DNA of 64,000 nt from Moraxellaceae bacterium. GTDB taxonomy: Bacteria; Pseudomonadota; Gammaproteobacteria; Pseudomonadales; Moraxellaceae. Positions within the stretch are counted from its first letter, which is position 1. Every line of letters starts with the position of its first letter. The stretch lies in assembly GCA_029237815.1 (NCBI GenBank), contig JAQZBP010000002.1, positions 206,917 to 270,916 of the forward strand, written 5' to 3'. Position numbers and translations under genes: made by a program. The notes below the pieces were generated by a model. It was not told the origin of the DNA. It saw only the letters and a list, made by a program, of their open reading frames with translations, and made no database searches. Below, in pieces: positions 31,395 to 39,461 of the stretch.

Positions 31395-32606
31395 ATGAAC
31401 ACGAAGACCAACACCCGAATGAATTCCCTGGACCCGCGTTGCAAGACCGTCCTCGGCGCTTGGAAGACCTGGCGCGTCGAGGCCGACGAGCGCGGCCTGC
31501 TGTACCGCTACGACACCCCCGTCGCCGTGCTGCGCGCCGGCGAGCACCGCTTCTTCGATCCGCTCGGCAAGCTGCGCGCGGAAGTCTCGACGCTGAGCCA
31601 GCCGCTGTTCCGCTCCGCCCAGGAAGACTGGCTGCGCGCGGAACGCCGCGAATGGCTGGAGACCGAGTGGCAGGCGGTGGAGACCGGCGCCGATGAGCTG
31701 GCCTGGGTGCGCTACAACGGCAAGCTTGCCGACGTGCTGCCGCCCCGGACCCGCGCGCTGTACTGGCGCGGCTTCGTGGAGGTGAGCGTGGAGCGCGTGG
31801 ATCTTTCAGCGACGCTCGAGGTGGCCCCGGCGCTGCTGCGCGAGCTCGCCAACACGAGCTTCGTGGGCGCGCACGCCTCACCGGCCCAGGTCGTGATGCA
31901 GGTGGAAGTGCCGTCTTATGCGGTGGGCGTACTGACCGTCGACGACGGCGAAGCGCGCCTGCTGACACCGGGCCGCTACGGGTTCTACCGCACCGGTCGC
32001 AACATCGGCTTCCAGACTGCGGACACGCGCGAGCAGGCGCTGGAAATCAGCGGCCAGGAAATCCTGACCGCGGACAAGGTGGCGCTGCGCGTGACCGTGG
32101 GCGTGAGCTGGAAGGTGGCGGACGTGCTGGCCTGCCAGCGCGAACTGGCCAAGCCGGGCGAGCACCTGTACCGCGAGGTGCAGTTCGCGCTGCGCCAGGT
32201 GGTGGGTACGCGCTCGCTGGACACGCTGCTGGAAGACAAGACCGCGCTGGACCGCGAGGTGCTGGAGCTGGTGAAGCCCCGGCTGGAGGGCCAGGGCCTG
32301 GCCGTTGTGCGGGTGGGGGTGAAGGACATCATCCTGCCCGGCGACATGAAGGCCATCCTGACCCGGGTGGTGGAGGCCGAGAAGGCCGCTCTGGCGAACG
32401 TGATCCGTCGCCGTGAGGAAACCTCTGCGACCCGCTCGCTGCTGAACACCGCCAAGGTCATGGAGGACAACCCGGTGGCGCTGCGCCTGAAGGAGCTGGA
32501 AACGCTGGAACGCATCACCGACAAGATCGGCAACATCTCGGTCTACGGTGGCCTGGAAGGCGTGCTGCAGGATTTGGTGAAACTGGCACCGGCGAGCAAG
32601 CAATGA
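31395..32606 (+). CDS. SPFH/band-7 (stomatin/prohibitin-like) domain protein with a novel ~180-aa N-terminal domain, no TM segment
   Basis: C-terminal half has the SPFH core (..VRVGVKDIILPGDMKAILTRVVEAEKAALANVIRRREETSATRSLLNTAKVMEDNPVALRLKELETLERI..). Start at the ATG at 31395 preceded by AAGGAAGAAAGAAG. The upstream in-frame stretch of the 479-aa listed ORF is low complexity. Confidence 0.8.
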   Translation: MNTKTNTRMNSLDPRCKTVLGAWKTWRVEADERGLLYRYDTPVAVLRAGEHRFFDPLGKLRAEVSTLSQPLFRSAQEDWLRAERREWLETEWQAVETGADELAWVRYNGKLADVLPPRTRALYWRGFVEVSVERVDLSATLEVAPALLRELANTSFVGAHASPAQVVMQVEVPSYAVGVLTVDDGEARLLTPGRYGFYRTGRNIGFQTADTREQALEISGQEILTADKVALRVTVGVSWKVADVLACQRELAKPGEHLYREVQFALRQVVGTRSLDTLLEDKTALDREVLELVKPRLEGQGLAVVRVGVKDIILPGDMKAILTRVVEAEKAALANVIRRREETSATRSLLNTAKVMEDNPVALRLKELETLERITDKIGNISVYGGLEGVLQDLVKLAPASKQ

Positions 32607-32685
32607 CCCGTGCCGGGCGGCAGGACGCCGCCCGGTGCGGAACTCCCTCGGCAAGATGAGAGGAATGACCAAGCACAGGCTTTTG

Positions 32686-32900
32686 CAGGGCTGAGCGCGA
32701 AATGGCGAGCGGCCGGCAAAAGTGTTTACGTAGCCGGTGAAGGGTAAAACCGACGGCATTGGCGGCAGCCGGTAATTTGAGGATGCAGCCCCGGGGTCCG
32801 AGCAAGGTTCCGAGGGTGTCGCGCGTTTAAAGGACTGCCGCACGCGGGAGTAATGCCCCGTGGCTGCCTATTGCGGGTTCGAGTCCCGCCAGCCCTGCCA
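32686..32900 (+). ncRNA. roughly 215-nt structured RNA with an 8-bp terminal stem, a T-arm identical to tRNA-like RNA 1, and a 3' CCA (Y-RNA-like)
   Basis: 5' CAGGGCTG pairs with 3' CAGCCCTG-CCA. The T-arm GCGGG-TTCGAGT-CCCGC precedes the 3' strand. An inner stem GCGCGA/TCGCGC and several GC-rich hairpins lie between. The RNA sits in the 358-bp gap between the SPFH gene and rtcB. Confidence 0.45.
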
Positions 32901-32964
32901 AGGCCTGTGCCATATCGGGTAACAGGAGCCGCGCCGACATGGCCGGCCCGGAGAAGCGAAGAAG

Positions 32965-34191
32965 ATGGACCATACGCATGAAATCTGGCAGCCGGCGCCG
33001 CAAAGCCGGCCCATCAAGATGTGGACCTCGGGCGTGCCCGTGGAAGCCGAGGCCCGCGCCCAGCTTGCCAACATCGCGCAGCTGCCCTTCGTATTCCGGC
33101 ACGTGGCGGTGATGCCCGACGTGCACCTGGGCAAGGGCGCGACCGTAGGCTCGGTGATCCCCACCAAGGGCGCCATCATCCCTGCCGCCGTGGGGGTGGA
33201 CATCGGCTGCGGGATGATCGCCGCGCTCACCTCGCTCACGGCCAAGGACCTGCCGGACAACCTGCAGGGCCTGCGCGCCGCCATCGAGCGCGCCGTGCCG
33301 CATGGCCGCAGCGTGGGCCGCGGCAAGCGCGACGAAGGAAGCTGGAGCAATCCGCCCGCCGAGGCGCTGGCGGCCTGGTCGACCCTGGCCGACGGCTTCA
33401 GGGCCATCACGGAAAAGCATCCGCGCCTGAAGAACACCAACAACGTGCAGCACCTGGGAACGCTGGGGACCGGCAACCACTTCATCGAGATCTGCCTGGA
33501 CGAGGCCGACCGCGTCTGGTTCATGCTGCATTCGGGGTCGCGCGGGGTGGGCAATGCCATCGGGACCCACTTCATCGAGCTGGCCAAGGCGGACATGCGC
33601 CGCCACTTCATCAACCTGCCCGACCAGGACCTCGCCTACCTGCCGGAAGGGACTCAGCACTTCGAGGACTACTGGCAGGCGGTGGACTGGGCGCAGCGCT
33701 TCGCCATGAAGAACCGCGAGGTGATGATGGGAGCAGTGGTACGCGCCGTCGGCGCCGCGCTCGGGAAGCCGTTCTCGGCAACGCAGGAGGGGGTGAACTG
33801 CCACCACAACTACGTGTCGCGCGAGCGCCACTTCGGCGAGGACGTGCTGGTGACACGCAAGGGCGCGGTGAGCGCGAAGGAAGGCGAGCTCGGGATCATT
33901 CCGGGATCCATGGGCGCCCGCTCCTACATCGTGCGCGGCAAGGGCAACCCGGAGTCGTTCTGCTCCTGCAGCCACGGCGCGGGGCGCGTCATGAGCCGCA
34001 CCAAGGCCAAGGCGCAGTTCACGCTGGAGGACCACCGCCGCATGACCGCGCACGTGGAATGCCGCAAGGACGCGGCGGTGATCGACGAGACCCCGGCGGC
34101 CTACAAGGACATCGAGGCCGTGATCGCCGCCCAGGCCGATCTGGTCGAGGTGGTGCATACCTTGCGGCAGGTGGTGTGCGTGAAAGGCTGA
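32965..34191 (+). CDS. rtcB: RNA-splicing ligase RtcB (3'-phosphate/5'-hydroxy nucleic acid ligase)
   Basis: 408-aa ORF with KMWTSGVPVEAEA, MPDVHLGKG, GTGNHF, NCHHNY and CSHGAGR, all hallmark RtcB motifs. Confidence 0.95.
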   Translation: MDHTHEIWQPAPQSRPIKMWTSGVPVEAEARAQLANIAQLPFVFRHVAVMPDVHLGKGATVGSVIPTKGAIIPAAVGVDIGCGMIAALTSLTAKDLPDNLQGLRAAIERAVPHGRSVGRGKRDEGSWSNPPAEALAAWSTLADGFRAITEKHPRLKNTNNVQHLGTLGTGNHFIEICLDEADRVWFMLHSGSRGVGNAIGTHFIELAKADMRRHFINLPDQDLAYLPEGTQHFEDYWQAVDWAQRFAMKNREVMMGAVVRAVGAALGKPFSATQEGVNCHHNYVSRERHFGEDVLVTRKGAVSAKEGELGIIPGSMGARSYIVRGKGNPESFCSCSHGAGRVMSRTKAKAQFTLEDHRRMTAHVECRKDAAVIDETPAAYKDIEAVIAAQADLVEVVHTLRQVVCVKG

Positions 34192-34395
34192 TGCCTGTGA
34201 GGAAGAGCCAGGGCCATGAATCGGTCCGGCAGTCGGTGTCGACGCCGGACTGATGCCCACCGCACCGCAAGGACGAGTGCTTGCCGGAGGTCAAGCGGCG
34301 GGCAAATCGCCCCTTTTCCGCTCCCCTCCCGCCCCCGCCTTCCGGTATCATCCTCCCGCCTTTTTCCCTACCCCCGTCCAACACGAGGTTCCGCC

Positions 34396-35497
34396 GTGGA
34401 CATCCGCCTGTCTGAACGTGTACTGAGCATCAAGCCCTCCCCCACGCTGGCCGTCACCAACAAGGCCGCCGAGCTGAAAGCCGCGGGCAAGGACATCATC
34501 GGCCTCGGCGCCGGCTGACGGCACCGCGGGCCTCAAGAAGGCCATCATCGCCAAGTTCAAGCGCGACCAGAATCTCGACTACGCGGCCAACCAGATCCTG
34601 GTGAGCTGCGGCGGCAAGCAGAGCTTCTTCAATCTCGCCCTGGCGCTGCTGAACAAGGGCGACGAGGTCATCATCCCGGCGCCCTACTGGGTGTCCTACC
34701 CGGACATGACCCTGATCGCCGACGGCGTGCCGGTCTGCATCGAGTGCCCGCAGTCCCAGGGCTACAAGATCACCGCCGCCCAGCTGGAAGCCGCGATCAC
34801 CCCGAAGACCCGCCTGCTGGTGCTGAACAGCCCGTCCAACCCCACCGGCATGGTTTATTCCAGCTCCGAGCTGCTGGCCCTGGCCGAGGTCCTGCGCAAG
34901 CACCCGCACGTGCTGGTGGCCACCGACGACATGTACGAGCACATCATCTGGACCACGGAGAAGTTCGAGAACATCGTCACCGTGGCGCCGGACCTGTATG
35001 ACCGCACCATCGTGCTGAACGGCGTCTCCAAGGCCTATGCCATGACCGGCTGGCGCATCGGCTATGCCGCCGGCCCGGTGAAGCTGATCAACGCCATGAA
35101 GAACGTGCAGTCGCAGTCCACCTCCAACCCGACCTCCATCTCCCAGGTGGCGGCCGAGGCGGCCCTGAACGGCCCGCAGGATGTGCTGGCGCCCATGGTC
35201 AAGGCCTTCAAGGAGCGCCATGACTTCGTGGTGGGCAAGCTGAACGAGATCGAGGGCGTGTCCTGCTCGGCGGCCGATGGTGCTTTCTATGCCTTCGCCA
35301 ATGTCGAAGGGGCGATCAAGAAGTTGGGCCTGAAGGACGACCTGGAGTTCTCCGAACTGCTGCTCAATACCGTCGGTGTGGCCGTGGTGCCGGGCTCCGC
35401 CTTCGGCCTTGGCGGCCATATGCGCATCTCCTATGCCACCTCGCCCAAGGTGCTGGAAGATGCGCTCAACCGCATCAGGAAGGCCATCGAGGGCTGA
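34396..35497 (+). pseudogene. aspC: aspartate aminotransferase (class Ib AspAT) disrupted by an internal out-of-frame deletion
   Basis: N-terminal frame VDIRLSERVLSIKPSPTLAVTNKAAELKAAGKDIIGLGAG ends at the TGA at 34516. The downstream frame continues DGTAGLKKAIIAKFKRDQNLDYAANQILVSCGGKQ through to the C-terminus. About 28 conserved residues (EPDFDTPEH..KY) are missing at the junction. Confidence 0.65.
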
Positions 35498-35643
35498 TCG
35501 GAAGCGGCGAAAAAAACGCCAGCCAAGCCGTTGAAAAGCCAGACAAAGCCGCCGAAATGGCGGCTTTGTTTTTTAGTTCAGAAAAGCCTGCGTCAGCGCT
35601 TGACCGACTTAGGTTCAATCCCTATTATTCGCGGCCTCTGCCA

Positions 35644-35719
35644 TTCCCCGATAGCTCAGTTGGTAGAGCGCAGGACTGTTAATCCTTAGGTCGCTGGTTC
35701 GAGCCCAGCTCGGGGAGCC
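35644..35719 (+). tRNA. tRNA-Asn (GTT)
   Basis: TCCCCGA-TA-GCTC-AGTTGGTA-GAGC-G-CAGGA-CTGTTAA-TCCTT-AGGTC-GCTGG-TTCGAGC-CCAGC-TCGGGGA-G-CCA. Canonical cloverleaf with encoded CCA. Confidence 0.95.
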
Positions 35720-35726
35720 AAATCAG

Positions 35727-35758
35727 AAAAGCCCGCTTTCGAGCGGGCTTTTTGTTTT
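35727..35758 (+). terminator. rho-independent terminator after tRNA-Asn
   Basis: AAGCCCGCT-ttcg-AGCGGGCTT followed by TTTGTTTT. Confidence 0.7.
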
Positions 35759-35836
35759 CTGCGCAGGCAGCGGCCTGTGTCAGACTCTCACAACCGGCCA
35801 CGCCCGCCCGCACGGGCCATTTACTTTTCGGGATGC

Positions 35837-36691
35837 ATGAAAACACCGAAGCGCCTTGAACCCCTGCTGCAGGACGGCCTGATCGACGAGGTGATCGGTC
35901 AGCTCAAGAGCGGCAAGGAAGCCACAGTCTATCTCGTGAAGAGCAGCGGCGTGCTGCGCTGCGCCAAGGTCTACAAGGACGTGCACCAGCGCAGCTTCCG
36001 CCAGGCCACGGCCTATCGCGAGGGCCGCAAGGTGAAGAGCAGCCGTGCGGCGCGCGCCATGGAAAAGGGTTCGCGCTTCGGCAAGCAGGAACTGGAAGAA
36101 GCCTGGCAGAACGCCGAGGTCAGCGCGCTCTACCGACTGGCCGCCGCCGGCGTGCGCGTGCCGGTGCCGTATGGCTGCTTCGACGGCGTGCTGCTGATGG
36201 AAATGGTGAATGACGGCGAAGGGCATCCCGCGCCGCGCCTCAGCGAAGTGGACTTCACGCCCGACGAGGCGCGCGACTGCCACCAGCGACTCGTGCGCGA
36301 AGTCGTGCGCATGCTCTGCGCCGGCCTCGTGCACGGCGACCTCTCCGAATACAACATCCTGGTGGACCCGATGGGGCCGGTCATCATTGACCTGCCGCAG
36401 GCGGTGGACGCCGCCGGCAACAACCATGCGCGACCGATGCTGGAACGCGACGTGGACAACCTGCGGCTGTTCTTCGGGCAGTTCGCACCGGAATTGCTGG
36501 ACTCGCGCTACGGCAAGGAAATCTGGCAGCTCTACGAAGCCGGCGAGCTCACGCCGGACAGCGAACTGACCGGCGTGGTGGAAGAAGACGAGACGCCCGC
36601 CGACCTCGACAGCCTGCTGCGCGAGATCATGGACGTGCGCGAGGAAGAAGAACGCCGCCGCGAACGCGAAGCCGCGCAGGACGAAGACTGA
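35837..36691 (+). CDS. RIO1-family serine/threonine protein kinase-like protein with an acidic C-terminal tail
   Basis: EATVYLVKS, LVHGDLSEYNILV and IIDLPQAV are the RIO kinase catalytic motifs. Start taken at the MKTPKRLEP methionine. Confidence 0.65.
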   Translation: MKTPKRLEPLLQDGLIDEVIGQLKSGKEATVYLVKSSGVLRCAKVYKDVHQRSFRQATAYREGRKVKSSRAARAMEKGSRFGKQELEEAWQNAEVSALYRLAAAGVRVPVPYGCFDGVLLMEMVNDGEGHPAPRLSEVDFTPDEARDCHQRLVREVVRMLCAGLVHGDLSEYNILVDPMGPVIIDLPQAVDAAGNNHARPMLERDVDNLRLFFGQFAPELLDSRYGKEIWQLYEAGELTPDSELTGVVEEDETPADLDSLLREIMDVREEEERRREREAAQDED

Positions 36692-36775
36692 TACGCCGCC
36701 CCCTTCCCACGGCCTGCCTGTTGCCCGGGTGTCGTCGTGACCCCTTTGTGTTGCAAATGAAGCAGGCCTGATTCC

Positions 36776-38158
36776 GTGACGACCCCGACCGAACCAACAT
36801 CCTTTTCCACCCTCGCCCTGCCCGCGGCGCTGCTCGCCACGCTGGTCGAGCTCGGCTACGCCACCATGACGCCGATCCAGGCGCAGAGCCTGCCCTCGCT
36901 GCTGGCCGGACGCGATGTCATCGCGCAGGCACGCACCGGCAGCGGCAAGACCGCGGCCTTCGGCATCGGCCTGCTCACCGCGCTCGACCCGCGCAATTTC
37001 AATGTGCAGGCACTGGTGCTCTGCCCGACGCGCGAACTGGCCGACCAGGTCATGAAGGAATTGCGCCGGCTGGCGCGCTTCGCCGGCAACGTGAAAATCC
37101 TGGGCCTGTGCGGCGGTGTGCCGATGGGGCCGCAGCTGGACTCGCTGGAACATGGCGCGCATGTGATCGTGGGCACGCCGGGGCGCGTCCTCAAGCACCT
37201 GGCAAAGGGCTCGGTGGAATTTCGCGGCCTGCGCACGCTGGTGCTGGACGAGGCCGATCGCATGCTGGACATGGGCTTTCATGACAGCATCCGCGACATC
37301 GTCGAGCAGCTGCCGCCCAAGCGCCAGACGCTACTGTTCTCCGCCACCTATTCGCCGGAGATCCGCGCGCTCAGCAAGCGCTTCCAGCGCGAGCCGGTGG
37401 AAGTCACGGTGGCGGAGGTGCACACCGAGGCGACCATCCGCCAGGTGTTCTTCGAGATCGACAACAAGGATCGCGTGGCGGCGCTGGCCACCTTGCTGCG
37501 CCACTACCGCCCCGCCTCGGCCGTGCTGTTCTGCAATACCAAGCAGCGCTGCGAGGACGTGCTGACGGCACTGGAGGGCCAGGGCTTCGCCGTCGCCGCG
37601 CTGCACGGTGACCTCGAGCAGCGCGACCGCGACCTCACGCTGGTGCAGTTTGCCAATGGCAGCGTGCCGCTGCTGGTGGCGACCGACGTGGCCGCGCGCG
37701 GCCTCGACATCAAGAACCTGGAAGCGGTGATCAACGTCGAGATGGCTTTCGATGCCGAGGTGCATGTGCACCGCATCGGCCGCACCGGCCGCGCCGGCCA
37801 GGAGGGCCTGGCGCTGTCGCTGTGCGCACCGTCGGAAGCCCATCGCGTCAACGCCGTCGAGGATTACCAGAAAATCAAGGTGGACTGGCAGCCGCTGCCG
37901 GCAGTCACGAACAGCAATCCGCCGGCGCCACCGCGCATGGTGACGCTGAACATCGCCGGCGGGCGCAAGGACAAGCTGCGCCCGGGCGACATCCTGGGCG
38001 CCCTGACGGGCGAGGCCGGCCTCGCCGGCGCGCAGATCGGCAAGATCGACATCTTCGACATGCAGGCCTTCGTGGCGGTGGAACGCAGCGTGGCCAGCGC
38101 GGCGCTGAAGGGCCTGGGCAAGATCAAGGGCCGGGTGTTCCGGGTGCGCCGCCTCTGA
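36776..38158 (+). CDS. dbpA: ATP-dependent DEAD-box RNA helicase DbpA (23S rRNA-specific)
   Basis: Q-motif, AQARTGSGKT, DEAD, SAT and HRIGRTGRAG motifs plus the C-terminal DbpA RNA-binding domain (VTLNIAGGRKDKLRPGDILGAL..KIDIFD). GTG start. Confidence 0.85.
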   Translation: MTTPTEPTSFSTLALPAALLATLVELGYATMTPIQAQSLPSLLAGRDVIAQARTGSGKTAAFGIGLLTALDPRNFNVQALVLCPTRELADQVMKELRRLARFAGNVKILGLCGGVPMGPQLDSLEHGAHVIVGTPGRVLKHLAKGSVEFRGLRTLVLDEADRMLDMGFHDSIRDIVEQLPPKRQTLLFSATYSPEIRALSKRFQREPVEVTVAEVHTEATIRQVFFEIDNKDRVAALATLLRHYRPASAVLFCNTKQRCEDVLTALEGQGFAVAALHGDLEQRDRDLTLVQFANGSVPLLVATDVAARGLDIKNLEAVINVEMAFDAEVHVHRIGRTGRAGQEGLALSLCAPSEAHRVNAVEDYQKIKVDWQPLPAVTNSNPPAPPRMVTLNIAGGRKDKLRPGDILGALTGEAGLAGAQIGKIDIFDMQAFVAVERSVASAALKGLGKIKGRVFRVRRL

Positions 38159-38313
38159 GCCACCCGTGGACACGGTGCTGGTGGCGGCACGGGCGACGGC
38201 GCCATCTCACCGCCACCAACCGCTGCCGTTGGCTCCAGCCGCACCACCGCTCTGTCGACCCGCCTGTTTGAATCCGTTACTCCCGGGTGCGGCAACCGAC
38301 TCTCGCCGCAATC

Positions 38314-39432
38314 CTAGAGCCGCTCCACCAACCAGAAAAAGCCGAGCCCGGTGGCGCCTCCCAGCAGGCCCTGCGCCAGCCATGCCGACGCCCCGCGCAG
38401 CCGGGCCAGCAACGGCCACAGCAGCAGCACCACCAGCACCTGCCCGGCCTCGATACCGAGGTTGAAGCCCGCCAGGGTGGACCAGCGCTGCTCCGTCACC
38501 AGCGCGGTCGTACTGACCGCACCGGCGAAGCCCATGCCATGAACGAGCCCGAACAGCAGCGCAAGCGGCGCGTGCCACGCGTCCGCCCCGCCTGCCGCCG
38601 GGGACGGCGTCGCCACGCGTCCGGCCAGCAGAGGAGCAGTCCGCCGCGACCGGTACAGGCACTGCAGGCCGGTGACGACAATCGTCGCGGCAATCGCCGC
38701 TTCAGCCCAGACCGGAAAAATCAGGACGCCCAGCATTACCAGCAACAGGGTCAGGGAATGCCCCACGGTGAACGCCGTCAGCCAGAGCGCGGCGCTGCGG
38801 ATCCGTACGGCTCCCCACACGAGCAGGAGCAGGAACACCAGATGGTCGATGCCCAGCAGGATGTGCTCGATGCCGACGGCCAGCCACTGCCGGAAGGTCT
38901 CCCAGCCGGTGGCCGTTCCCAGGGCAAAGCGCACCTTGTCCTGGCGCGGCGTCAGCGCAGCGGATTGCAGCGGCTGCCCGTCCGCCTGCAGCAGGACCAT
39001 GACCGGCGCGCCGGACCGCACTGCAAGGTCCGTGTCCAGCTGCACGACGCCAGGCACGGTTGTGAAGCGGTACCTGCGAATGATCTTCACATGCGTCGCC
39101 GGCCCCGGCACGACGTCCTTGCCCTGTGCAGGCACCACCACGTCGGAGAGGGTCAGCGCCGGCATGCGTCCCGCGCCGTCGCGCAGCACCAGCATGCGGT
39201 CGAGTTCCAGCGCGATCGCCTCGCGCTGCTGCTGCAGCTCGGTGGCGGCCAAGCGGCCGTCGCCATCACGGTCGAAGGCGGCGAACGCCCTGGCCGGGGG
39301 CGTCGCCACCAGCAGCAGCCGGTCGCCCTCGAGCTGCAGACCGATCTGGCCGACGTCGAGCCCGTGGGCCCGCAGTGGCGGCGAAAGGAGCAGCGCAATT
39401 GCGAAGAGCAGGACAACAGGCAGGCGGTTCAT
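38314..39432 (-). CDS. HupE/UreJ-family metal transporter-like membrane protein with a periplasmic N-terminal domain carrying an EF-hand-like DRDGDGRLAATEL loop
   Basis: Signal peptide, then a soluble segment, then the GIEHILLGIDHLVFLL and HGMGFAG motifs of HupE/UreJ_2. Confidence 0.65.
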   Translation of the reverse strand: MNRLPVVLLFAIALLLSPPLRAHGLDVGQIGLQLEGDRLLLVATPPARAFAAFDRDGDGRLAATELQQQREAIALELDRMLVLRDGAGRMPALTLSDVVVPAQGKDVVPGPATHVKIIRRYRFTTVPGVVQLDTDLAVRSGAPVMVLLQADGQPLQSAALTPRQDKVRFALGTATGWETFRQWLAVGIEHILLGIDHLVFLLLLVWGAVRIRSAALWLTAFTVGHSLTLLLVMLGVLIFPVWAEAAIAATIVVTGLQCLYRSRRTAPLLAGRVATPSPAAGGADAWHAPLALLFGLVHGMGFAGAVSTTALVTEQRWSTLAGFNLGIEAGQVLVVLLLWPLLARLRGASAWLAQGLLGGATGLGFFWLVERL

Positions 39433-39461
39433 TCAGCGTCCCCTCGGTGCATTATGGAAAT

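Noticed and set aside
32686-32900. Possibility that the structured RNA is tmRNA (ssrA).
   Set aside because: Too short (about 215 nt against about 360 nt). No resume codon or tag-peptide ORF ending in ALAA. The T-arm differs from typical ssrA.
38166-38313. Small ORFs in the dbpA/hupE convergent spacer.
   Set aside because: Arg/Pro-rich GC-skew artefacts with no start context.
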